A DNA stretch of 38,435 nt from contig JBGTHM010000089.1 of the NCBI GenBank assembly GCA_041746255.1, forward strand, positions 1 through 38,435, given 5' to 3'. Below, piece by piece: positions 1-8,642 of this stretch. The DNA is from Fibrobacteria bacterium. Its GTDB lineage: Bacteria; Fibrobacterota; Fibrobacteria; UBA11236. Under the pieces are notes generated by a model. It saw only the letters and a program-made list of their open reading frames with translations. It was not told where the DNA came from and ran no database searches. The number at the start of each line of letters is the position of its first letter. The first letter of the stretch is position 1. The position numbers and the translations under genes were made by a program.

Positions 1-560
1 TCCATTCCCCAGGCGCGCTCCAACAGGGTGAAGCGGGCGATGGTTTTATGGTGTCCTTCGATGAGGACCTTGAGAACCATGAATTCCCGGGGAGTAAGGC
101 TGACGCTGCGCCCTTCCACTTCGACGATATGGCGGTCGAAATGGATTTCCAATTCCTGAAAAGTGAATTTGTCTTTGGTTCCTTTGGAGCGCTTCACCAG
201 GGCTTTGGCCCGCGCAGCCAGTTCTTTGGATGAAAAAGGTTTGCAGAGATAGTCGTCCCCGCCCACCTTGAATCCCATCAGTTTATCGGTTTCTTCGGTT
301 TTGGCGGTTAAGAAAAGCACGGGAACGTTTTCCAGGCGCTCCTGCCGTTTGATCTGGCGGCACAGGTTTATGCCGGAAGTGTCCGGAAGCATGATGTCCA
401 GAATCGCCAGGTCCACGGTTTCGTCGTTGAGTATGGACAAAGCCTCGGCCCCGGTTCTCGCCGCATGGACGGTAAAACCTTCCGCTTCCAGCGTATAGAT
501 AATGAGTTCCAGGATATCGTTGTCGTCTTCGGTGACCAGTACGTTGGCTAGACTCATCAT
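1..560 (-). CDS. OmpR/PhoB-family two-component response regulator (3' end runs off the window)
   Basis: Not in the ORF track; translated by hand: MMSLANVLVTEDDNDILELIIYTLEAEGF...DLAILDIMLPDTSG...VPVLFLTAK...GGDDYLCKPFSSKEL...SLTPREFMVLKVL. Receiver motifs plus the start of a winged helix. GAGGA RBS upstream; start at 560 or 557. Confidence 0.93.
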   Translation of the reverse strand, partial: MMSLANVLVTEDDNDILELIIYTLEAEGFTVHAARTGAEALSILNDETVDLAILDIMLPDTSGINLCRQIKRQERLENVPVLFLTAKTEETDKLMGFKVGGDDYLCKPFSSKELAARAKALVKRSKGTKDKFTFQELEIHFDRHIVEVEGRSVSLTPREFMVLKVLIEGHHKTIARFTLLERAWGM

Positions 561-676
561 TCCTCTTATCCGCCGGGGGCTCGGAGCGAATTCCGAAACC
601 GCAATCGGTACGGAAATAGTATCCCACGGATGCCTGTAAATCTATAGAACCATTTCTACCAGCCCAAGGGATAGGG

Positions 677-694
677 TGTTACAGATGTGTTTCA
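677..694 (-). promoter_or_regulatory. Candidate OmpR/PhoB-type tandem binding site
   Basis: TGTTACA (677-683) and TGTTTCA (688-694) form a direct repeat with 11-bp period, upstream of the response regulator. Confidence 0.4.
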
Positions 695-862
695 AGGCGC
701 GTTGGGCGGTTTTTTAGAGGGCATTGGATAGCGTATTTCGAGTTCTTTGCAAAGGGGAGGGTGGGAATAATCAGGTTATAAAATGGAAACAGTTCAGACA
801 ATAGGGGCCAATTCGCCTGTTTAATGGGATGGCGCGCGAAAAGATGGCCCTATATTACCGTC

Positions 863-2446
863 ATGAAGAAACCCACGACAATTTCACGAGCTTCCCATTC
901 CGCCCCATTTTGGGGAATTTGTTGCGCCTGGTTTATGGCTTTGCAATTGCCGGCGGCCGGTTATTGCAAGAAGGTCGATTTTAACGGATCTCCCTCGGGA
1001 GCCTATTCCCGGCAGAATATGATTACCGATTTCGGAGGCAATACCGAGCTCTTTGACAACGGCTTGACCGAAGGCAGGGTGCAGGTGGTGGGTGGCGGCG
1101 TATCGGGCCAAGCCATCAGGGTAAAATACCCCAAAGGTCAAATCGGCGGAGACAAAAGCGGCGCGCAGTTCGTCGTAAACCTGCCCAACTCCGAAGAAAT
1201 GTATCTCGAATACCAGGTTAAATTCGACGCTGGTTTCGATTGGTCGGTGGGAGGAAAGCTTCCCGGATTGGCAGGCGGAACGCACCCAACCGGAGGGGTG
1301 AAAGCCACCGGCTTCAACGGATGGTCCGCCCGATATATGTGGCGGGAAGGCGGTTCCTTTAAGCTTTACCTCTATGCCGTCGGCGCCACCGGCCAATATT
1401 TCGATTTGGGCGCTTCGCTCCAGAAAAACAAATGGCACACCATTCGCCAACACGTGAAGATGAATTCCATCGGAAGCAGCAATGGGACCATCAGAACCTG
1501 GTTGGACGGCAAGCTGATCAAAACCATCGGCGGCCTCGAGTTCACCAAGACAAAGGCGCTTTTATGCGACAAATTCTTTTTCTCCACTTTCTTCGGCGGC
1601 GGCACCGGCAATTGGGCCCCGAACGCGGATGTGCATACTTCGTTCGACAATATCCTCATCACGCAAACCGGTGAGTCCGAATGTAAACAGGTTGTCGACG
1701 GCAAGGGTGTTTTGTTCGAGGATTTCGAGGACGGCGATTGGGTCAGTAATTTCGGCACGCCCTGGGAAACCTTTACGGACGCTTCCAGCGGAGGGAAGTC
1801 CACGGTCAGCCTTTCCTTCGCTGCGGGCGAAAAAAGTTCCAAATCCGCCCATGTCAAGTTCACCTTGAATCGTGGTTCAATGGACAACCCTCCCTTCGTG
1901 GCCTTGACCACTTGGTTCAATCCCGACACCTCCAAAGGGTGGGACATGTCCACGCTCGAAGGAGTGAGCTTTTCGTATAAAGGGGGGGCGTATGAGGTTT
2001 TATGCCGACTGGAATCGCATGAAGTTCGGGACACCGAAAAAAAAGCTTACCACCGGATTTTGTTCAACCCCAGTATCGCTTCGAGCTGGACGCCTGTTTC
2101 TGCGCCGATTGAAACTTTTTACCAGCCGCCTTGGCTTGGCGTCATTCCTACGCCGATGGCTCAAATCAAAAACAAGCTGACCAAAATGACCTTTCAGATC
2201 AAGGGAAACAGCGCGATTCCCGGCAATGTTTCCGGAGAGTTCTGGGTGGACGATATTCGTCTATTGGGTTTGAAGAAGGTGCCTGAAAAGACAGTAAGTC
2301 TGGTGAAACCGAAAGCCGGCAACTCCGGCATGATTTTTGGGAGCGCACAGGGTCAGTCCATGCAAATACATTATGGAAAAGCCAAGCCGGGAAATTCACT
2401 GATCCTATTTGACCTGAACGGCCGTCTGCTGAATGTGCTGAAATAG
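863..2446 (+). CDS. Secreted polysaccharide lyase, PL14-like, with CIA30/CBM11-like module and short C-terminal tail
   Basis: GGKLPGLAGG, SARYMWR and FFFSTFFGG motifs; then FEDFEDGDWVSNFGTPWETFTD...GGKS module; tail LFDLNGRLL. ATG 863 gives a signal-peptide-like N-terminus (ORF track starts at 824). Confidence 0.75.
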   Translation: MKKPTTISRASHSAPFWGICCAWFMALQLPAAGYCKKVDFNGSPSGAYSRQNMITDFGGNTELFDNGLTEGRVQVVGGGVSGQAIRVKYPKGQIGGDKSGAQFVVNLPNSEEMYLEYQVKFDAGFDWSVGGKLPGLAGGTHPTGGVKATGFNGWSARYMWREGGSFKLYLYAVGATGQYFDLGASLQKNKWHTIRQHVKMNSIGSSNGTIRTWLDGKLIKTIGGLEFTKTKALLCDKFFFSTFFGGGTGNWAPNADVHTSFDNILITQTGESECKQVVDGKGVLFEDFEDGDWVSNFGTPWETFTDASSGGKSTVSLSFAAGEKSSKSAHVKFTLNRGSMDNPPFVALTTWFNPDTSKGWDMSTLEGVSFSYKGGAYEVLCRLESHEVRDTEKKAYHRILFNPSIASSWTPVSAPIETFYQPPWLGVIPTPMAQIKNKLTKMTFQIKGNSAIPGNVSGEFWVDDIRLLGLKKVPEKTVSLVKPKAGNSGMIFGSAQGQSMQIHYGKAKPGNSLILFDLNGRLLNVLK

Positions 2447-2453
2447 CGGCGAA

Positions 2454-5066
2454 TCATTTTGGTGAGACCATAAAGCGTAGTGTTGATTCCGCGACGCCGC
2501 CGCGCACATGCCGCAAGAAATAAAGGCCCGATCCCGTTTGAAGGCCCTGCAAACGCACCCGCGTTTGATTGGAAGCGATTTCGCGGCTGAATACCAGCCG
2601 CCCGAAGATATCCCTGATCTCCACCGACCAACCGTCGTTCGGCAGTCCTTCGGGAGAAAAGGAATAAGCCAGTTCGCTCCCGTTGAGGCTCAATCCCGAA
2701 ACCATGCTGGGCCCGGCGGACGAGAAGGAGCGAATCCCGGCTCCGCCGATATTGAGGTTTTCGATATGGATGTTGTTCAGATACGGGCGTATGTTGCCGA
2801 TGCCGTAAAAGGTGAAGCGCAGGGAAGCGACCTGGCCGAGATTAAGAGGCTTGGGTGAGGTCCTCCAAGCGGGCTGCTCAAAACTGCTGAAGGGGAGGCG
2901 GACGCGGTTCCAGTTGGTATTGCCGATGATGACCTGCGCCCGGTAGTAGGCTTTATCGGTAATGCCGGGTTGCTCCAGTTCCACGTAAAAAGTGTCGCCT
3001 TGCGCCGCTTTCACGTCGAAAATAACCGATGACGCGCTTCCGAGGCTGACGGCGCTGCCCGCGGCGTTGAAGGTGGTCCGTATTCCCGCATGCGGATGGG
3101 TTGCTCCGGAGGCGCCGATAAGCCGCGCGGATAAAGCGTTGGAGCCGTTCTCGCCGTCCTTGGTAATTGCGGTGGGGGCCAAAGTGAGGGGATTGGTATA
3201 GGAAGAGCCCCCCGCGTCCTTGTCGTTGAAAGTGGACCAGGTACCACCAAGGGCATTGGTGATGACGCCGCCGTTGAAATTATCGACGAGAACATCCTGG
3301 GCCTTGAAGGGCTGCTTCTTCATGTCGGTGATGAAAGCCTGGGCCGTGGTCCGAGACAAGTGATAGGCGGCTACCTGAGGGATGTCCAGCTTCAAGTTCA
3401 CATTCTCGCCTCCCATAAAGTCGCCTTGGTCGGATTCGCCCGCCCATTGGGCCTGCACCGAGGTCCCCGTGCCGCTGAAGGTTTTTACGGCCTTGCTGGT
3501 GGCGCCCGTGAGCACGACTTTCCAAGCCGCTGATTTTTCCAAGGAGGCGCTGATGGCGAGTTTACCGGTTTCGAGGTTGACGTTGCCGGGCGCGGCGGTC
3601 AGTGGCTGTGTCACCCGGATAAGCCCGGGAGGAGGGTTATGGTAATCGCGTAGGAAGGCGACGGCGCCCACCATGGCGGCATTGTAATCCAGTGCCACCT
3701 CGGTGTTCTTATAATTGCTCGCATTATTGCCGTTAAAGCTCCAGGAGGAATTTTCGGGCTTGCTCGCGTCGAAATTGCCGGTGGGGGTTGGGCCCGAAAC
3801 CACTCCGCCTCTGAGGCGCTTGCCGCTTTGTTTTCCCAGGGTCTGATCGTTGCGGTGATGGGGTTCCGTGGGAGCCTTGGGGCCGAAACCGACTATGTAG
3901 GACTGATTGAATGGGGACATGCCCGCCACCCAATGGGTTTGGGATTGCGCGAATGTGCGATAGCTCTCATTACCGGTAACCATGAAGGCCAAAGCCGCGG
4001 AGAAGGCTACGGCGCTGGCATTGCGGGCATTGCCCCAATCGGCGTTGATGAAAGCGCCCTTGATAAGCGGCGAAGCGTTGGCGGCGGTAACCACGCGGGT
4101 CATGGCCAGGTTGACGTCGGAGAGCCAAGTAGAGGTGGCTTCCACGCCTTGCCGTTTCAACTCGAACGCGGAAAGGTCGCCCACATGGCCATATCCCAAA
4201 GCGAAGAAATGGCTGCCCGCCTGCTGTTGAAAACTGATCGCATGGTTGAGGTAGGATTGCTGTCCGGTGGCGCGGTAGAGTTCGACCCCGGCGGCCGCCA
4301 TTTTGTCCGCGAAATATTTGGTGGAATAGAATTCGCCATTGTTCTGTTGCGCGGAAAGCTTCCGGTTTGCCAACCCAAAGGTAAATGCTTGTTGGGCCTT
4401 GGTGAGGCAAAGAGCGGCATAGGTCGCGTTATGCTTTTTATACAAAGTGGACATGAGCGCCAAGGAGGCGGCATACAGGCCGGCTACATCGGCGCCGGTG
4501 TTGACGGTAGCGCCACGCGGGCTGGTGCGCTGCGAGTTGGCGTAACCGCTTTCCGAAAGCTGCTGGTGGTCCTGTTTCCCATTGCCGACGTCGGTTACCA
4601 CGACTCTGTCGCTGATGACCGCCTTGATCAAATAATCCGTGGCTACCTTGACTTCGCCGAGAATATCCGGAATGCCGTCGGGCTTTCCCGAATAGTTCCA
4701 GCTGTCTAAATCATCATAGGCACTGGGAAATACGTCATATCCTTTTAAAAGCGTGTAAACGCTGAACCCCAGCGGCAATCCGAATTTGACGAAATCGCCG
4801 GCGTCGTACCAACCGCCGCTTAAGTCCTGGCCGTTGTGATTGTCCTGGGAGTGGGGGAAAGGCGAGTTGGAGTAGAAGGGGTTCTTGTTATCCGCGCCTT
4901 TTTCGCCAGCACGTTGATACCCGTAAAACCGGATAAGGAGGTTGTGCAAAGTCTTATAGTCGGCGCTTTGGGCATGAGCCGGAGTGGGCATGGCCTGTAC
5001 GAAGAGCATTGAGGCCAGGGCGCCGACGGCTAATCGACGGGACAAGTTCAAGCGGGTGCGATCCAT
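2454..5066 (-). CDS. GH9 endoglucanase with CIA30/CBM11-like module and C-terminal sorting-type domain
   Basis: DLSGGWYDAGDFVKFGLP, PHHR and NTEVALDYNAA GH9 motifs; signal peptide ending AHA-Q; tail IRDIFGRLVF...SGLYFLR; GAGGA RBS. Confidence 0.93.
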   Translation of the reverse strand: MDRTRLNLSRRLAVGALASMLFVQAMPTPAHAQSADYKTLHNLLIRFYGYQRAGEKGADNKNPFYSNSPFPHSQDNHNGQDLSGGWYDAGDFVKFGLPLGFSVYTLLKGYDVFPSAYDDLDSWNYSGKPDGIPDILGEVKVATDYLIKAVISDRVVVTDVGNGKQDHQQLSESGYANSQRTSPRGATVNTGADVAGLYAASLALMSTLYKKHNATYAALCLTKAQQAFTFGLANRKLSAQQNNGEFYSTKYFADKMAAAGVELYRATGQQSYLNHAISFQQQAGSHFFALGYGHVGDLSAFELKRQGVEATSTWLSDVNLAMTRVVTAANASPLIKGAFINADWGNARNASAVAFSAALAFMVTGNESYRTFAQSQTHWVAGMSPFNQSYIVGFGPKAPTEPHHRNDQTLGKQSGKRLRGGVVSGPTPTGNFDASKPENSSWSFNGNNASNYKNTEVALDYNAAMVGAVAFLRDYHNPPPGLIRVTQPLTAAPGNVNLETGKLAISASLEKSAAWKVVLTGATSKAVKTFSGTGTSVQAQWAGESDQGDFMGGENVNLKLDIPQVAAYHLSRTTAQAFITDMKKQPFKAQDVLVDNFNGGVITNALGGTWSTFNDKDAGGSSYTNPLTLAPTAITKDGENGSNALSARLIGASGATHPHAGIRTTFNAAGSAVSLGSASSVIFDVKAAQGDTFYVELEQPGITDKAYYRAQVIIGNTNWNRVRLPFSSFEQPAWRTSPKPLNLGQVASLRFTFYGIGNIRPYLNNIHIENLNIGGAGIRSFSSAGPSMVSGLSLNGSELAYSFSPEGLPNDGWSVEIRDIFGRLVFSREIASNQTRVRLQGLQTGSGLYFLRHVRGGVAESTLRFMVSPK

Positions 5067-5164
5067 TATTTTCGTTCCTCCTCACTATATAGTGGGCATT
5101 GATCCGCGGATGGTTCAATGGGATTCGCGCCGATATCCCTATCAAGACTCAAATGCTTCAAACA

Positions 5165-5196
5165 CAAAAAAACCTCCACCCTGGGGGGCGGAGGTT
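5165..5196 (-). terminator. Rho-independent terminator
   Basis: On the minus strand, AACCTCCGCCC/GGGTGGAGGTT stem followed by a T run, downstream of 5242..6999. Confidence 0.8.
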
Positions 5197-5241
5197 GAAT
5201 CTGTAAAAATAAGGGCTAATCCCCGTTAATGCGCCTTTCGG

Positions 5242-6999
5242 CTATTTCATGTAGGTAACGGAGGTTTTCTGGGTAAAAGGAACTCCTTGAGCGCTACGGG
5301 TGGTCAAGTTCAGGAAGTAAACGCCATTGGGCAAATTGGAAACCTGCAACTCCAGGTTCCGCTTGAGGCCTTGTCCTGCACTCACAGGCACCCGGGACAA
5401 TACTTTACCACGCATATCGGTCAGTACCAGCATTCCGACGTGGTCGTTGCTCGGTAGGCTGAAAGCCACGCGCATTCCGTTCTGCAGTTTCTCGGCTCCA
5501 AAGCCGCCCTGTGACCGGGAAGCACGCGGCATGATGCTGGCGACCATGACCATGGTGGGGTCAATGGCCGTCAAGCCTATTATTTTCACATTGTCCACGG
5601 CGAGAGATCCGCTAGTCGCAGCGTCGCCCTGGAAAGCCCATTGAAATTTTTCCAGCGCGTTGATCCGAAGCGTTTTGTCGGCGATGAGTTTAACCTCATC
5701 CCAATCGGGCAGAACCAGGTTGGTCCAAGGAACGGTGGCGCTCTTCCATTCGCCGCCGGTGCCGGGTAAAAGAACATGGTGCACAATGCCTGCGCCGAAA
5801 TTAAGGTTGTGCTTCACTTCGAAGCGGATGAAATCCAAGCTGGCGGAGGTTTGATAATCAAAGGAAGCGCCCGTCGAACCGGTAGCGTTCAGGAACTGGG
5901 TTCCCAATTCATCTGAAACCATGGTGCCGACGCCAACGAAAGGCTTGACGGTGTTGGCGCCTTCGACAAATGAAGGGCCGAGGGTGAATTCGATGAATGC
6001 GCCGTCGGTGCTGTTATAGCCTTTGTTACCCTCAATGGCCAATACGGGTGTGGTGGGAGCGGCCGGGTCGACAGTGACACCGCCGAAAATTTCGCTATAC
6101 TCGGTTTGGGAGGTTACGGCCCTATCACCGGCGTCATTATAGGCGAACCAGAAGAAGCCGGCAGCGTTTTGGTTTACGGGGGCGGCATCCATATTCGAGA
6201 GCACCGCGCCTTCTCCGGCGCCGGGAGCGCCTACGCAGGTCATGCAAGCAGTGGGGGGGGTCCATTGATAGCCGTGGACGACGATGTTGTCCAGCCAGAG
6301 TTTGCCGTCGGTGAGACCGGTGTTATTTTCTACACTTATTTTCCACTGAACCTTTTCTACTTGCGTGATGTCAAAAGGATCTCCACCGGGATTCTCAAGT
6401 AGATACCAATTTGGTTGCTTCAACACCGCACTAATTCCTTCGGTACTCAAGGGAATGGAATGGGTTTCCCAGGTGGTGCCGATGGGGAGCTCTATCGTAT
6501 GATACGCGAAATGTCCGGCAACAGTTATAGGATTGGTAGCCACTTCAACAACAACGGTCATAGTTGCGCTGGCCTTGGCATCGAAGGTAATATGGGTGGC
6601 GCCGGTCATGTCTAGAACTTTTCCTTCCGTGATGACTCCGGTACCAATACCGACGAAATTTGGATAGTCACAACCGACACCGGTGGGACAATATTTAGGC
6701 TTGATGGATCCCATGGTGAAATCAAGTAGGGCGGCTTGGCCACCACCATTTCCCACATCTAAGGATTTTGCCGGATCGAATAAAAGTTCTGCACCTGAAA
6801 CAGTAGCACTATTGACAACTGAATTGCCCTTGTCACCTGAATCGTTATAAAAATACCAATAATCAAGAAATTTATTCTGATTAGTGCCGCCTTCGAAGTC
6901 ATCCAGCACGGAAGCGACCTGGGCTGAACCGAATCCCGGCAGCAGCGCAGCCATTGCTATTCCGGCGAAGGCGGTTTTTATTGTCTTGAAATTCTGCAT
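5242..6999 (-). CDS. Secreted non-catalytic protein with two tandem CIA30/CBM11-like modules and a C-terminal sorting-type domain
   Basis: Signal peptide; two similar repeats (LDDFEGGTNQNKFLDYWYFYND...EKVQW...LWLDNI and LSNMDAAPVNQNAAGFFWFAYND...EKFQW...LAVDNV); tail LTDMRGKVL...LPNGVYFLNL; AGGGGAG RBS. Confidence 0.78.
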   Translation of the reverse strand: MQNFKTIKTAFAGIAMAALLPGFGSAQVASVLDDFEGGTNQNKFLDYWYFYNDSGDKGNSVVNSATVSGAELLFDPAKSLDVGNGGGQAALLDFTMGSIKPKYCPTGVGCDYPNFVGIGTGVITEGKVLDMTGATHITFDAKASATMTVVVEVATNPITVAGHFAYHTIELPIGTTWETHSIPLSTEGISAVLKQPNWYLLENPGGDPFDITQVEKVQWKISVENNTGLTDGKLWLDNIVVHGYQWTPPTACMTCVGAPGAGEGAVLSNMDAAPVNQNAAGFFWFAYNDAGDRAVTSQTEYSEIFGGVTVDPAAPTTPVLAIEGNKGYNSTDGAFIEFTLGPSFVEGANTVKPFVGVGTMVSDELGTQFLNATGSTGASFDYQTSASLDFIRFEVKHNLNFGAGIVHHVLLPGTGGEWKSATVPWTNLVLPDWDEVKLIADKTLRINALEKFQWAFQGDAATSGSLAVDNVKIIGLTAIDPTMVMVASIMPRASRSQGGFGAEKLQNGMRVAFSLPSNDHVGMLVLTDMRGKVLSRVPVSAGQGLKRNLELQVSNLPNGVYFLNLTTRSAQGVPFTQKTSVTYMK

Positions 7000-7172
7000 G
7001 AATGCTCCCCTTTGATGCGGATTTCGGGCATTTCCCCGAAGGTTATACTGGTTACCTCTCTTAGTGGGTTATCCTGGAGATTGGGTTCAAAAAAGTTCCG
7101 TGTCGGTTAACTGGAGGCGATTTGAACCGGGTTTGGCCTTTTACCTACCAAAGTGGCATGAGAAATCAAAGT

Positions 7173-8606
7173 ATGCCTTCCTATATCAAAGTCCTACTCC
7201 TCTTGGGGTTTTTCATGTCCCTACCGGCTTTCGCGAATTGGAACCTACCCTACCCCCGACCGGCTAAGTACGATTATTCGGATTTTTACCACCCTTCCGT
7301 TAAATCGGATTTAGTCTCCAACCCCAATTTTTTTAAAGCCGCCATGACCAAAGGTTGGGCGTTTTACAAACAGAATTTCATCATGCAAAATGGCTTGGTC
7401 AACCACCGCCGTGGGGACATTGGCGCCAATGAAGCGGTTTCGGAAGGCCAGGGTTACGGCATGCTGTTAGCATTGCTCAATAATGATCAGGCTACCTTCA
7501 ACCGAATTTTCGAGGCCGCAAACCAGCATATGTGGAACAGTGGGAGAAAGTCTTATTTCATCTGGGACTGGCCATCCAACAAAACGGGAGCTGCCACCGA
7601 TGCCGACCTTGATATCGGTTTAGCTCTGGTTTTCGCGGACGCGCTTCGCGAAGGGGGGCATTGGCAGAATTTCAACAAAGGGGGAGTCACATACAAAAGC
7701 CGGGCGATGGAAATCATCAAATCCCTGCGACAAAACATGACCGCCGAGAATTACCTACTCCCGGGAGATAGTTGGGGGCAGTCGGGCCTGAGAAATTTGA
7801 ACCCAAGTTATTTCGGTACCGGTGCGCTCAGGGTTTTCAATGATTATCAAAATGAGGTCGATTTCAGGCCGGTAATCGCAACTTGCTATCAAATCCTCAA
7901 AAAAATGCCGCAATATTCCAAGGGTCAAGCCCCTGACTGGATCACCAAAGACGGCGGCAAAGGGGATAGAGGTTCTCTGGATATGGGTGCCGATGCCATC
8001 CGAACCCCATTCCGAATCGCCCAAGACGCCCTATGGTATAACTCGCCCGACGCAATACAATATTGCAAGAATACGAAGGGTACTCTGACCGCTTTTAACA
8101 ATGAAAACGCGAATTTTTTGCTGGCTCAAATGGGGTATTATAACGCCAATGGGCGAATGCAAAACGGCACCGCATATTTCGAAAATGCGGCGATGTGGGG
8201 TAGTGGAATCCTTGGTTCCAAGGACAAAAGTTATACGCAACCTGCATTCAGAGGCACCATTTTCCTCCGGATCATCGGCGACGGTAATAATTTTGGCAGC
8301 ACCTCTCTACAAGACCATAAGTACTATTATAAGCAATCCTTAGGGTTGTTGGGATTCGCATTAATGACTGGGCAGTTTCCAAATGTGTTGGATGATATGC
8401 GCAACCCGGTTTCAGTTAAGCGTTCACCTTTACAAGACCTTACTATTCTTGGAAAACAAAATCCAAGAGGGCCAGGCGTTACTCTCAGAGTATTGAATCA
8501 GGATTATTCAATACTGGGTCGTCGAATCGGATCTGGCCTCGGAATTTATTCAAGTCGAGAAGATTTACACATCATCCAAATACTTCCGGGTGAAATTCAG
8601 GACTGA
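7173..8606 (+). CDS. GH8 glycoside hydrolase (endoglucanase/xylanase/chitosanase family)
   Basis: VSEGQGYGML, ATDADLDIGLALVFA, NPSY and DAIRTPFR motifs. ATG 7173 gives signal peptide MPSYIKVLLLLGFFMSLPAFA (alternative start 7158). Confidence 0.92.
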   Translation: MPSYIKVLLLLGFFMSLPAFANWNLPYPRPAKYDYSDFYHPSVKSDLVSNPNFFKAAMTKGWAFYKQNFIMQNGLVNHRRGDIGANEAVSEGQGYGMLLALLNNDQATFNRIFEAANQHMWNSGRKSYFIWDWPSNKTGAATDADLDIGLALVFADALREGGHWQNFNKGGVTYKSRAMEIIKSLRQNMTAENYLLPGDSWGQSGLRNLNPSYFGTGALRVFNDYQNEVDFRPVIATCYQILKKMPQYSKGQAPDWITKDGGKGDRGSLDMGADAIRTPFRIAQDALWYNSPDAIQYCKNTKGTLTAFNNENANFLLAQMGYYNANGRMQNGTAYFENAAMWGSGILGSKDKSYTQPAFRGTIFLRIIGDGNNFGSTSLQDHKYYYKQSLGLLGFALMTGQFPNVLDDMRNPVSVKRSPLQDLTILGKQNPRGPGVTLRVLNQDYSILGRRIGSGLGIYSSREDLHIIQILPGEIQD

Positions 8607-8642
8607 CTTTTCAACTCGGTTGGAAGCTCTGTAATCAAATTC

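Noticed and set aside
283..627. 114-aa minus-strand ORF from the track
   Set aside because: Alternative frame over the real response regulator, which is missing from the track because it runs off the window.
6640..6900. AT-richer patch in the tandem-CBM gene as a foreign insert
   Set aside because: Short, frame intact and no clear boundaries; not supportable by eye.
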